Positions 29,670-38,742 of a DNA stretch of 64,000 bases are shown in pieces. The stretch covers positions 3,840,001 to 3,904,000 of the forward strand of contig OZ251518.1 of assembly GCA_965242965.1 (NCBI GenBank), read 5' to 3'. The stretch comes from Candidatus Poribacteria bacterium (GTDB lineage Bacteria; Poribacteria; WGA-4E; WGA-3G). Numbering within the stretch: position 1 is the stretch's first letter; every line of letters begins with the position of its first letter. The translations under genes were made by a program, and so were the position numbers. The notes under the pieces were generated by a model that saw nothing but the letters and a program-made list of their open reading frames with translations, did not search any database and was not told the DNA's origin.

Positions 29670-30485
29670 ATGAAAAAATTATGTGACATGTCAACAGATG
29701 AATTACGCACCCTGCTCCAGCGAGTTACCGAAGAGGAAGACTTTTATGCCTCGCGCGAGCAGCTGCTTGAATTGCTGCAAGACCCGGGTTCGGCTCTCTA
29801 CGATGAGCACACCGTTAACCGAGCCGCTTTTCACGTCGAACCGGGCGCGTTGCTGCGGCCGATAGACGGTGTGCCGATTCCTGAATCTCCCCTCGCCACA
29901 GAATTCCGCGAATTTTTCTCTGGATACACCGAGATTGGCTGCTGGCTGGATGACTATAAGGAAGATCCGCTGGAGGGGCTTGCACCGCACACGCCGCTCG
30001 CGAAAAAACTCGCGCGGCACCGCGACTATATCCTTGCAATGCGGAAAACAACGCGGGCAGACCGGCGGTTCAAACGAATGGGTGTCTATATGGCGGATAA
30101 TCCGATGCGCAGCGAGAAAGCGGCATCGGCGTTGCAAGAGACGCGAATCGCCGAGTTGCCGCCGCCGGCATTCCGCGCGCTCGTCCGGCAATTGGTAATG
30201 CAGGAAATTTTTGAGGTGCGCGAAAAGGTTGTGGCGTTGCTGGCGGGACATCCGCCGCGCGAACAGTTGGACCTGGCGTTTCGGGAGTTCTTCGTTGCTT
30301 ATGAGCTCTTTGAGTTGGTTTTGGAGGCATACCACTATGATGCCGACGATGGGTTTGAGTTAAACCCAGAGGTGGAAGCCGAAATTGACGCGGAGGATGC
30401 GGCGATTAAGGCTGGAACAGAGAAACTCATCTCGTTTGAGGAAATCGCCAAGGAGTTTGGATACCTGTTGAAATGTACACGCTAG
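29670..30485 (+). CDS. Putative antitoxin with an internal duplication
   Basis: Acidic protein overlapping a RelE-like toxin by 13 nt; antitoxin-like C-terminus (KLISFEEIAKEFG); two similar halves. Confidence 0.6.
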   Translation: MKKLCDMSTDELRTLLQRVTEEEDFYASREQLLELLQDPGSALYDEHTVNRAAFHVEPGALLRPIDGVPIPESPLATEFREFFSGYTEIGCWLDDYKEDPLEGLAPHTPLAKKLARHRDYILAMRKTTRADRRFKRMGVYMADNPMRSEKAASALQETRIAELPPPAFRALVRQLVMQEIFEVREKVVALLAGHPPREQLDLAFREFFVAYELFELVLEAYHYDADDGFELNPEVEAEIDAEDAAIKAGTEKLISFEEIAKEFGYLLKCTR

Positions 30486-30730
30486 AGTTCAAGCGACGCG
30501 CTAGAAGGGGGTTACGGCGGTTGGATGCTACGAACTGCCGACGAGTGCTTGAAGAATTGGAACGGCTGTGTGCAAATTGCGACATCTGGCCGCACGAGGC
30601 ATTGAAAGGGAAAGAACGTGGACGGTTCAAGTTGAAGTCTGGTAAATATCGCGCTGTCTATTCCTTCAGTCGTCCGGACAGAGAGATTGTCGTCCACAAA
30701 ATCGAGCACCGTGCCAAAGTCTATTCGTAA
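30473..30730 (+). CDS. RelE/ParE-family toxin
   Basis: Basic 85-aa protein: YTLEF...A...L, LKG...FKLKSGKYRAVY...VHKIEHRAKVY. Confidence 0.85.
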   Translation: MYTLEFKRRARRGLRRLDATNCRRVLEELERLCANCDIWPHEALKGKERGRFKLKSGKYRAVYSFSRPDREIVVHKIEHRAKVYS

Positions 30731-30744
30731 GTAGGAGGTGTGCC

Positions 30745-30890
30745 TTACGGCATCTCGTCATGCAGGAAATCTTCGTGGTGCGCAATCTCGCTGTGGCATT
30801 CTGGCAGGGCATCCTTCGCAACTGCAATTGGAACTCACGTTTCGGGAGTTCTTCACCACTATGATGCTGACGATGGGTTTGAGTTAAACG
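30745..30890 (+). pseudogene. Eroded fragment of a paralog of the antitoxin C-terminal half
   Basis: Aligns with 30186-30365 (ATGCAGGAAAT, TTTCGGGAGTTCTTC, ACCACTATGATGCYGACGATGGGTTTGAGTTAAAC) with indels. Confidence 0.75.
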
Positions 30891-30893
30891 CGG

Positions 30894-31826
30894 CTAACTC
30901 GGACGATGGGCAGACGAATTCGCCGAAAATCTGTCCAACATTGCCGCAACAACCTGCTTCGTTGATGTCCTTTCTATCCATTTGATACGACAATCTCGCC
31001 GGAACCATGTCAATTGCCGTTTGGCAAAGCGACGCGTGTTCTGCTTCAACTGCGCTATCGCCTCGTCTAACGTGCAGTTCCCATCCAGATACGCAATGAG
31101 TTCTTTGTAGCCGAAACTTTGAAGCGCGGTGGCATTCCGAGAATGGCCTCGCGCGAGCAACCGTTCAACCTCTTCAATTAATCCATCGGCGAGCATCGCA
31201 TCGACTCGCTGTTCAATCCGACGGTAGAGTTGCTCCCGCGGCATCGTCAGTCCGAAGGCGATGAACGGGTACCTCGGTTCCTTATTCCACTGCTGTTGTA
31301 ATTGCGAGATGGGGGTGCCGGTGAGTTCATAAACCTCCAGCGCGCGGATGACTTTCACCAGATTGTTCGGATGAATGCGCTCGGCAGATGCCGCATCGCA
31401 GGCACGGAGGCGAGTGTGGAGAGCCTCTACACCTTGCTGCGCTGCTTCTTGGCGGAGCCGCTTCCGAATCGCCGCGTCCGCCCCCGGTCCTTTGAATAAT
31501 CCATCGACAATCGCGCGGAAATAGAGCCCAGAACCACCGACTAGCATGACGCGCTTGGCGCGGTTTTGGATGTCAGTTATCGCCGCATCCGCCAGAACCT
31601 GATACGCCGCGACAGAGAACGAGTCCGCAATGTCTACGCAGTCAATCAGGTGGTGGCGCGCGGCCAACTGCTCTTCCCGGGTCGGCTTCGCCGTGCCGAT
31701 GTCCATCTCCCGATAAATCTGCCGAGAATCGACGGAAACAATTTCGGCGTTGAGGCGTTGCGCCACCTCAATTGCTATCTCCGTTTTGCCGATGGCTGTT
31801 GGGCCAAGAATGCACAGAAGTTTCAT
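30894..31826 (-). CDS. miaA: tRNA dimethylallyltransferase
   Basis: GPTAIGKT, SVDSRQIYREMDIGTAKP, VGGSGLY, RALEV and AKRQLTWFR. Confidence 0.97.
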   Translation of the reverse strand: MKLLCILGPTAIGKTEIAIEVAQRLNAEIVSVDSRQIYREMDIGTAKPTREEQLAARHHLIDCVDIADSFSVAAYQVLADAAITDIQNRAKRVMLVGGSGLYFRAIVDGLFKGPGADAAIRKRLRQEAAQQGVEALHTRLRACDAASAERIHPNNLVKVIRALEVYELTGTPISQLQQQWNKEPRYPFIAFGLTMPREQLYRRIEQRVDAMLADGLIEEVERLLARGHSRNATALQSFGYKELIAYLDGNCTLDEAIAQLKQNTRRFAKRQLTWFRRDCRIKWIERTSTKQVVAAMLDRFSANSSAHRPS

Positions 31827-32895
31827 TTTCATACACATCGGTAGGAGGGTTTTTCCTGTTCTGATGTTGAAGTGCAGTGTTGATGTTTTTCGCTGTTCCG
31901 ATAATCGTGACGTTGTCTTTGATGTGTGGAAACAACTTTTCCACTCGCAGTGTGAACGTTTCCACAGCGCGGTAAGTCAAATCAATGCCGAGCCACTGAC
32001 GGTTCAGTTCCTCGGCGGCGAGGAGCGTCGTGCCGCAACCACAGAACGGATCTAGCACTAAGTCGCCTTCGTTGCTAGATGCCTCGATGATGCGCTTATA
32101 GAGTGCTATCGGCTTCTGTGTCGGATAACCGGCGCGTTCGGAATCGGTGCTATTCAACGTCGGCAGGATCCACCAATCGTTCGCCATTTTGCCTTCGTCG
32201 GCATAATAGCGATAGATTTTCCCACCTGCCCGCGAGGTGCGATAACGCCGTCCAGATTCATCATAGTATCGGTAATCGCGCTCCAATTCTTCCGCAGAAT
32301 GTGGGACACGATACCCGTTGAAATGGCACACTGCAGATTTCGCGTAGAAGTAAATCACATCGTGCTTTCTGGAAAAGGTCTTTTTCGACCTGCCGCTGGA
32401 ATCATAGCACCACACTATCTCGTTTTTGAAATGTTGATGCCCAAATACCGCATCCATTAGGATTTTCAGATAGTGGCTCGCGGCCGGGTCGCAGTGAAGA
32501 TAAATTGAACCCGTTGGTTTGAGGATCCGGTGCATCTCCACGAGACGGATGCCCATCATCGCTAAATACGCCATCATCGGAGTTTGCTTTAAGAACTTTT
32601 GGAGTCCTTCAATCGTCTCGCCTATCGCGCCGCCGACATCACAGATGAGTTCCTCACACGCGGCTTCCGCAGCGTCTCCCCATTTCCACGTATCCGTGAA
32701 CGCCTTGACAAGCGTATCGGGTGCCTTGCCATGCTCGTCACGATAAGGCACGAAATAGTTGCGCTTGGAGTTGAATGGCGGGTCTGACGCGATAAGAGCC
32801 ACTATATTGTCTGGAAATTTGCGCATCTCTTCCAAGTTATCGCCGCGGATGAGGGTTCGGTTCGGTAGTTGGGTATTTTCAAAGAGAAATTGCAT
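31768..32895 (-). CDS. Beta-class amino-DNA methyltransferase, probably C-terminally truncated
   Basis: GDNL, SDPPFNS, GSIYLHCD, GYPTQKP and VLDPFCGCGTT. Lacks the nuclease domain of its paralog at 40787-42262; the tail runs into miaA. Confidence 0.85.
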   Translation of the reverse strand: MQFLFENTQLPNRTLIRGDNLEEMRKFPDNIVALIASDPPFNSKRNYFVPYRDEHGKAPDTLVKAFTDTWKWGDAAEAACEELICDVGGAIGETIEGLQKFLKQTPMMAYLAMMGIRLVEMHRILKPTGSIYLHCDPAASHYLKILMDAVFGHQHFKNEIVWCYDSSGRSKKTFSRKHDVIYFYAKSAVCHFNGYRVPHSAEELERDYRYYDESGRRYRTSRAGGKIYRYYADEGKMANDWWILPTLNSTDSERAGYPTQKPIALYKRIIEASSNEGDLVLDPFCGCGTTLLAAEELNRQWLGIDLTYRAVETFTLRVEKLFPHIKDNVTIIGTAKNINTALQHQNRKNPPTDVYENETSVHSWPNSHRQNGDSN

Positions 32896-32950
32896 GTTTT
32901 TAGAAATCGGTAGGCGCGGTTTGAAAGCGCGCATACCCGGGAGGTTCCAC

Positions 32951-33616
32951 CTACCGGTCTGCCCTGGGACAATAGATCAGGTGTTTTCCCAAGAGTTGCT
33001 GTTTGCCGTCCGTGAAGACAACCTTCCCGCAGTGTGAACAGGTTAGGACTGCCGCAGCTGCACCGCTTGAAACGGCGAGGAATCCAACCAGAAGAATGAC
33101 TGCAGCAATGCACTTCGGATGAAAACGTGTAAAGAGGGCTGCCGCTTTGGCATCTTGACGGTTTGGCGAGAACATATATTTGCCTTGATACCGTGTTGAC
33201 GGGCCGTAGTAGAACAGGGAATAAACACCGATGCCTCGCGCGCCGATAGCGACAACCCCCATTGAATGCGCGCCGATAGCGATAACGCCAAAAGCATTCC
33301 CGCCAACGGCAACAATCCCAATGGCGTTCATACTACCGATAGCAACAACTCCAACGGCGTTACACGCGCTGATGGCAACAATCCCCAAGCCGTTGACGAG
33401 CCCGATAGTGATGAGCCCGAACATGTTCATACCTACAGCAATAAACCTGAAATCGAACTCCATCCAATCTCGGTTCGTAAAAAACGGCGTGAATTGCCAT
33501 AGGTAAACGTAAAGCAGTAATACCGCACCTATCAGAATTCCCCAAACGATGATGAGTTTCTGAAAATGGGGTTTGAATTCGGCTTTGAAGTTTTCCGGTG
33601 TGTAGGTTGCTTGCAT
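32951..33616 (-). CDS. Membrane protein with Gly/Ala/Ile-rich (AIG..A.G) repeats
   Basis: TM helix followed by repeated AVG/AIG units. The longer ORF-track N-terminus is only translated REP DNA. Confidence 0.55.
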   Translation of the reverse strand: MQATYTPENFKAEFKPHFQKLIIVWGILIGAVLLLYVYLWQFTPFFTNRDWMEFDFRFIAVGMNMFGLITIGLVNGLGIVAISACNAVGVVAIGSMNAIGIVAVGGNAFGVIAIGAHSMGVVAIGARGIGVYSLFYYGPSTRYQGKYMFSPNRQDAKAAALFTRFHPKCIAAVILLVGFLAVSSGAAAAVLTCSHCGKVVFTDGKQQLLGKHLIYCPRADR

Positions 33617-33660
33617 TTCTGTAATTCCACTAGAAACACTCAACAAGTCTGATAGCGATG

Positions 33661-34073
33661 TTCCCGGTAGGAGAGACCTCCCGGGCTCGATGCAATAGGA
33701 CGGCTCGCCTACCGGGGCCGCAGCGGCAGAAGGTCCCCCTTCATCGTAGGGCGGGGGCCTGTCCCTCGCCATCGTTCACGCGCCAGGCCCTGTAGTTCAG
33801 GATCGCCAGATCCTGACCTGTTTGTGATCAGGCGATCACAAACTACAGCGAGGGAAACATACATCCTGACGATGGAGATCGCGGGGGAAACCCTCTCGGA
33901 TGCGCGTATGGCATCCGAGGGCCCCGCGCTCCGATAAAAAACGGTGCTTGAGCCATCGCGGGGGAAACCCTCTCGGATGCGCGTATGGCATCCGAGGGCC
34001 CCCGCGCTACGGGAACATCGAGACCAGGAGGTCTCTCCTACCGGGAAGACCTCAAGACCAGGAAGTCTCTCCT
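33661..34073. repeat. REP-like cluster (several GTAG families)
   Basis: GTAGGAGAGACC-TCCC-GGGCTC, GTAGGGCGGGGGCCTGTCCCTCGCC, TTTGTGATCAGGCGATCACAAACTAC and two CTCGGATGCGCGTATGGCATCCGAG hairpins. Confidence 0.9.
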
Positions 34074-34075
34074 AG

Positions 34076-35152
34076 TCAAGAAGAAATCCAACCGCCGCCG
34101 ATAACGTAGTCCCCATCGTAAAAGACGGTGGCCTGGCCCGGCGTAATTGCCCGGCGCGGTTCGTCAAACTTCACGACAGCCTCCGTGTCACTGACTGGAG
34201 AAATCGTGGCGATGCCGCCTTCATCGCGGGAACGGATTTTGACGGTGGCACGAATCGGATCCGTTAACCTGTCAATCGCAATGAGGTTTATCTGCTCAAC
34301 GTGCATTGTGTCTGCCAAGAGTTCATCCGATTCCCCAACGACGACGGTATTCTCCGAAGCGTTGAGTTGTGTCACGTAGAGCGGCTTTCCTGCGGCGATG
34401 CCCAACCCGCGCCGTTGTCCAACCGTGTAAAACGGCACCCCTTGGTGCTGTCCGAGGACCTTGCCACCTTTATCCACAATATCGCCGCCGGCGATTTTCT
34501 CCGGCACCCTGTCTTGCAGAAAGCGTCGGTAGTTGGTATCGGCGACGAAGCAGAGTTCTTGGCTCTCGTCCTTTTCAGCGGTGCGGAGTTGATACTTCCG
34601 TGCGAGTTCGCGCACTTGTGCCTTAGTATAGTCACCGAGGGGCATCAGCGCGCGGCGGAGTTGCTCCTGTGTCAGCGCGGCGAGGAAATAGGACTGGTCC
34701 TTCTCAGGATTCAGTGCCTTGCACAATAGCGCGCGGCCTGTCTCCGGGTGCCGTTCAATGCGCGCGTAATGTCCTGTCGCGATGAAGTCGCACTCCAGCG
34801 TATCGGCTAGCGCGAGAAGTTTGCCGAACTTCAGTTCGCGGTTGCACACCATGCACGGGCTCGGTGTCCTGCCGGCGAGGTATTCCTCCACGAAGTAGTC
34901 GATAATCTGCTCGCGGAAAATATCCTCGTAGTTGACACCGTAGAAGGGAATGCCGAGTTGCGTGGCGACGCGGCGCGCGTCCTCAATGCCTTCTAGCGAA
35001 CAGCAGTTGGGACGTTCAGGTTCAACTTCGATTGTATCAGGCGCGCCGAGGCGCATGGTGATGCCGATGACATCGTGCCCCGCGTCTACCATCATGGCGG
35101 CAGTGACGGAACTATCCACGCCACCGCTCATCGCAACCAGAATCTTTGACAT
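34076..35152 (-). CDS. mnmA: tRNA-specific 2-thiouridylase
   Basis: AMSGGVDSS, TPSPCMVCN, ATGHYA, KDQSYFL, YTVGQRRGLG and AITPGQ. Confidence 0.97.
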   Translation of the reverse strand: MSKILVAMSGGVDSSVTAAMMVDAGHDVIGITMRLGAPDTIEVEPERPNCCSLEGIEDARRVATQLGIPFYGVNYEDIFREQIIDYFVEEYLAGRTPSPCMVCNRELKFGKLLALADTLECDFIATGHYARIERHPETGRALLCKALNPEKDQSYFLAALTQEQLRRALMPLGDYTKAQVRELARKYQLRTAEKDESQELCFVADTNYRRFLQDRVPEKIAGGDIVDKGGKVLGQHQGVPFYTVGQRRGLGIAAGKPLYVTQLNASENTVVVGESDELLADTMHVEQINLIAIDRLTDPIRATVKIRSRDEGGIATISPVSDTEAVVKFDEPRRAITPGQATVFYDGDYVIGGGWISS

Positions 35153-35229
35153 GGGTGTGTTTCCGGTGTTACGTTCAATACCGTAGTTCGCGAGGGACAG
35201 GCCCTCGCGCTCCGGGTCAAAGGCGGTTT

Positions 35230-36396
35230 TTAGGCCACCTGCCACTCTTCATTGCCGGCGTAACGTTCCGCGTAGACATCTTCGTTCAATTCCAGGCCGA
35301 GGCCGGGTGTCTCCGGCACCGTAAAAAAGCCGTCCGTAAACTCATAGCCGGAGGTATCCACGACATCGCTGGTGAGTGTCGCTACCTCGCCATAGAGGAA
35401 ATGCGGAATCGTCTTCCCGAATTGGAGACTGAGGAAGAAACCGAGCAGCGAGCCCCAGTTATGCGGCGCGCATTGGACATTCGCTGCTGCAGCCATATCG
35501 GCAAGTCGCCGCCAGCCGCTCACGCCAAGCCCTTTCATATCGTGTTGGATGACATCAATAACACCGGCATCAAAAAACGGTTCATAGAATTCAAGCGGTT
35601 CCCGCGTGCGGGTTTCGCCATCGGCGATGAGCGTTTTCAACCCCTTCTCCTGAATCCACGCCTTGAGGTTGCGGTATAACTCGACATCCTCGTCAAACAT
35701 CTCCTCGATCCAAAACACATCGCAATCGCGAGTTTCGGTGAGGAAAGTAATCACTTCGTCGTAGGTATACGCATTGTTTGCATCGACGAGGATGTTGAAC
35801 TCTTCGCCGGCGGTGCTGCGCGCGAGCCGAACGAGTTCGATGTCGCGATGGAGTCCCGCCTTGCGTTCCATGAGATGGTTACCGCGCCCCATCTTCATTT
35901 TGCAGGCGACAAACCCGTTGGCGAGGCTGCTTTTGACATCGTCTTCGATGCGTTTGAGCCCCTCAGCCTTCGTGTCATACAGCAGGTCATTGAAGTAAAT
36001 AGTGCTGTCGTAAGCGGGGAGACTGGTGCCGTGTGTCTCCGTGCCCATCAGTTGATACGCGGGCTTACCGAGGATGCGGCCGAGGGTATCCCACAGCGCG
36101 TTTTCAAGCCCGCGAAATTCCTCAACGACTCCCTGTTCCGGGTTCAGGAGCTCAAACGGGTTTCGGTTGAGAGCACCTTGCGCGGCTTCCGCGGTAGTCG
36201 TGCCCCAGCTGCCTGCACCCCATCCGAGCGTTCCATCGTTTGTCTGGATGCGGATGATGCGTTCATTCCACTTCCCGTTCGGATCCGGCTGGACGATTTC
36301 CTTCGCACCGGAGTTGCAACCGATAGCAGGCTGGTCGATCTGGAGGATAACCTGCTCAATTTGCGTAATCTTGATGTCCTTCGGATAGTTCTGCAT
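35230..36396 (-). CDS. Mandelate racemase/muconate lactonizing enzyme (enolase superfamily)
   Basis: KMKMG (KxK), LVDAN, WIEE, ADGE and APHNW. Confidence 0.88.
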   Translation of the reverse strand: MQNYPKDIKITQIEQVILQIDQPAIGCNSGAKEIVQPDPNGKWNERIIRIQTNDGTLGWGAGSWGTTTAEAAQGALNRNPFELLNPEQGVVEEFRGLENALWDTLGRILGKPAYQLMGTETHGTSLPAYDSTIYFNDLLYDTKAEGLKRIEDDVKSSLANGFVACKMKMGRGNHLMERKAGLHRDIELVRLARSTAGEEFNILVDANNAYTYDEVITFLTETRDCDVFWIEEMFDEDVELYRNLKAWIQEKGLKTLIADGETRTREPLEFYEPFFDAGVIDVIQHDMKGLGVSGWRRLADMAAAANVQCAPHNWGSLLGFFLSLQFGKTIPHFLYGEVATLTSDVVDTSGYEFTDGFFTVPETPGLGLELNEDVYAERYAGNEEWQVA

Positions 36397-36419
36397 GAAT
36401 ATGCTCCTGATGAAACGTC

Positions 36420-36860
36420 GCGGTGAAAAAAACGCCGCCCTTTCCCGTAGGACGAGGGCCTGTCCCTCGCCATGCGTTGGTGAAAAAAACGCTTCCCCTT
36501 CCCGTAGGGCGAGGGCCTGTCCCTCGCCATGCATTGGTGAAAAAAACGCTTCCCCTTCCCGTAGGGCGAGGGCCTGTCCCTCGCCGTGCGGCGATCGCGG
36601 GGGACAGGCCCCCGCGCTACGGTGAAAAACGTCTCTCTTTCACCGTAGGGCGTTGGGAAAACCTGTCCCTCGCCGTGCGGCGATCGCGGGGGACAGGCCC
36701 CCGCGCTACGGTAAAAAACAGTCCCCTTCACCGTAGGGCGAGATCCTGACCCGTTCGGGAGCGGGCGCTCCCGAACTACAGAGGTGCCCGATCCTTTCTG
36801 GTATTCGCCCGCCCTCCCAGGCGGGATAAATACCGAAACGGGGTGATGAAACACCCTCAC
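36420..36860 (-). repeat. Composite REP-like cluster ending in the conserved terminus GAAACACCCTCA
   Basis: Three ~58-bp tandem units containing GTAGGGCGAGGGCCTGTCCCTCGCC plus CGCGGGGGACAGGCCCCCGCGCTAC copies; 36780-36859 is a reverse-complement homolog of 40080-40165. Confidence 0.9.
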
Positions 36861-36865
36861 GTTAT

Positions 36866-38056
36866 TCACTCCAACACGAGGAGGAGTTCGTTCAGCGCGA
36901 CCTTCACCATGTCGTTGCTTTCTTTCGTCCGGAAATAGTCATCAAGTTTGTGCGGCAGATTATCGTACTGGTCTGCCGCTTGAATCTGCTTCAGCAAGGC
37001 AGGCTTTTTCAGGAGTTGCGCGATGCGGAGCCTGTCCTTATGCTCAGCAATTTCAGTCTCGGTTAACAGGGTGATTAACCGTCCGGCTAACCCATCTGCG
37101 AGTCCTGTTTCCGCGTAAAGGTTCAGCGTATCAAGGAACACCTGCTTCGTATGCGTAGTGGAATCGCTCGTCAGCGCGCCGATGAGGTTATCCACTGCGC
37201 TAGCATCGGTATGCTTCTGTAGTGCTTCTGCGGCGTATAACCGCACGGTGTCATCGCTATCCTTGAGCTCCTTGATTAGCTCCGCGGTCGGCGGTTGAGT
37301 GAGCGCGACCATCGCCTTCGCGGCGGCACGCCGGACGGTAACGTCACTGTCGTCAAGTCCTGCGATGATTTTGTCTTGATACGCCTTGTTGCCGAGCAGA
37401 TAGAGCGCGGTGTTGATTTCCATCTGTAACCCCGCGTGCGATGTCGCCTTGCGGAGCGATTCCAAGCCGGTGGTAGCGGCGGTATCGCCGATGTCGCCGA
37501 TGATTCGGACGAGTTGCGTCTTCACGGCAGTCGGCGTAGTCGCCTCGCCCGCGGTGGCGAGGAGCTGTTCGACGGCTTTGGAGCCCATCTCGGTTAAGAT
37601 TTGCACCAAGTCGCCGTGGATGTGCTTATAGCGGCCCTTCACCAGGTCCTCCAAGATGAAGGGGACCGCGGGCGCGCCTTTATCGACAAGGATTTGCATG
37701 GCGGATTTCTGGACGCGGTGGCGTTCGTCAAGAATTTGCAGAATTTTCTTCATCTCATATTCGCCGAGTTCCAGAATCCGCCGGTTGCGTTCGGTTTGGT
37801 ATTCAGCTTCTACATGGTGAGCTTTCGCCATGTTTTCATCAATCGCGTAGCCGTAAGCAATAACCAACAGGGCCCGAGGTTCCACTTTGTTTGCCTCTTC
37901 TATTTCGGCGCGCTTGAGATGCTCTACAGCCTCCAGCGCGAGGCCCGCGTCCAGCAATTTCGCTCTCCCTACTTCCAGCTGGGTAATAACTTGTTTCTGC
38001 TGACAGCCGATGCTTACGACGGCGATAAGCAGCAGTATCGTCAAAACTCTTTTCAT
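36866..38056 (-). CDS. HEAT/PBS-lyase repeat lipoprotein
   Basis: Lipobox VSIGC; repeats LDDSDVTVRRAAAKAM and LKDSDDTVRLYAAEAL. Confidence 0.8.
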   Translation of the reverse strand: MKRVLTILLLIAVVSIGCQQKQVITQLEVGRAKLLDAGLALEAVEHLKRAEIEEANKVEPRALLVIAYGYAIDENMAKAHHVEAEYQTERNRRILELGEYEMKKILQILDERHRVQKSAMQILVDKGAPAVPFILEDLVKGRYKHIHGDLVQILTEMGSKAVEQLLATAGEATTPTAVKTQLVRIIGDIGDTAATTGLESLRKATSHAGLQMEINTALYLLGNKAYQDKIIAGLDDSDVTVRRAAAKAMVALTQPPTAELIKELKDSDDTVRLYAAEALQKHTDASAVDNLIGALTSDSTTHTKQVFLDTLNLYAETGLADGLAGRLITLLTETEIAEHKDRLRIAQLLKKPALLKQIQAADQYDNLPHKLDDYFRTKESNDMVKVALNELLLVLE

Positions 38057-38255
38057 CTTCCGTTTACATTTCCTCCTGGATTCTCGTAACTTTGGCCCGC
38101 CTATCCGTGCGCCCTGCATTTGCGTCAGCGCGCCTTCGCGGATAAAGCGAACGCGATGTTGACAAACATGTTACAATAAATCCGTTTTTATGTCAAGAAA
38201 ATTAATCAATTTTGCAATAACTGAGCTCTCAGGTTTCAATAGATGCGATATTGCA

Positions 38256-38720
38256 GTAGGCGCGCCCTCCCTGTTTGCCGTAGGAGAGACCTCCCGGTCT
38301 CGATGCAATTAGGTAGGAGAGACCTCCCGGTCTCGATGTGGTTCGTATCGGGACAAGGATGTCCCTCCTACAGCAGAGGTATCGGGACAAGGATGTCCCT
38401 CCTACGGCAAGCGGTGAAAAAAACGCCTCTCCTTCACGTAGGGCTTGGGCCCTCGGATGCCACACGCGCATCCGAGCGGGTTTCCCTCGCCGTGCATCGA
38501 TCGGGAAAACGGCGTTGGTTGGCGTGCGTTTTTCGCGCAGGTCGGGCGATCGCGGGGGACAGGCCCCCGCGCTACGGCGAAAAAAACGTTCCGTTTCCCG
38601 TAGGGCGAGGGCCTGTCCCTCGCCATGCGCCGGTCGTGAAAGCAAACGTCCGTGGTCTCTGGTCTTCGGACGTTTTTCGTTTTGGTCGAGCGATCGCGGG
38701 GGACAGGCCCCCGCGCTACG
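38256..38720. repeat. REP-like cluster
   Basis: GTAGGAGAGACCTCCCGGTCTCGA x2, TCGGGACAAGGATGTCCCTCCTAC x2, and GGCGAGGG/CGCGGGGG palindromes. Confidence 0.9.
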
Positions 38721-38742
38721 AAAAAGTGGGGTTTCCGCAGTC

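Noticed and set aside
30186-30890. Diverged repeat pair as a possible DGR template/variable region
   Set aside because: Mismatches are not adenine-specific, many fall at third codon positions, indels are present and there is no reverse transcriptase.
36420-36720. Regularly spaced ~58-bp repeats resembling a CRISPR array (also 40230-40520)
   Set aside because: The intervening sequences are themselves repeated, units occur in both orientations across the window, and there are no cas genes; they are REP mosaics.
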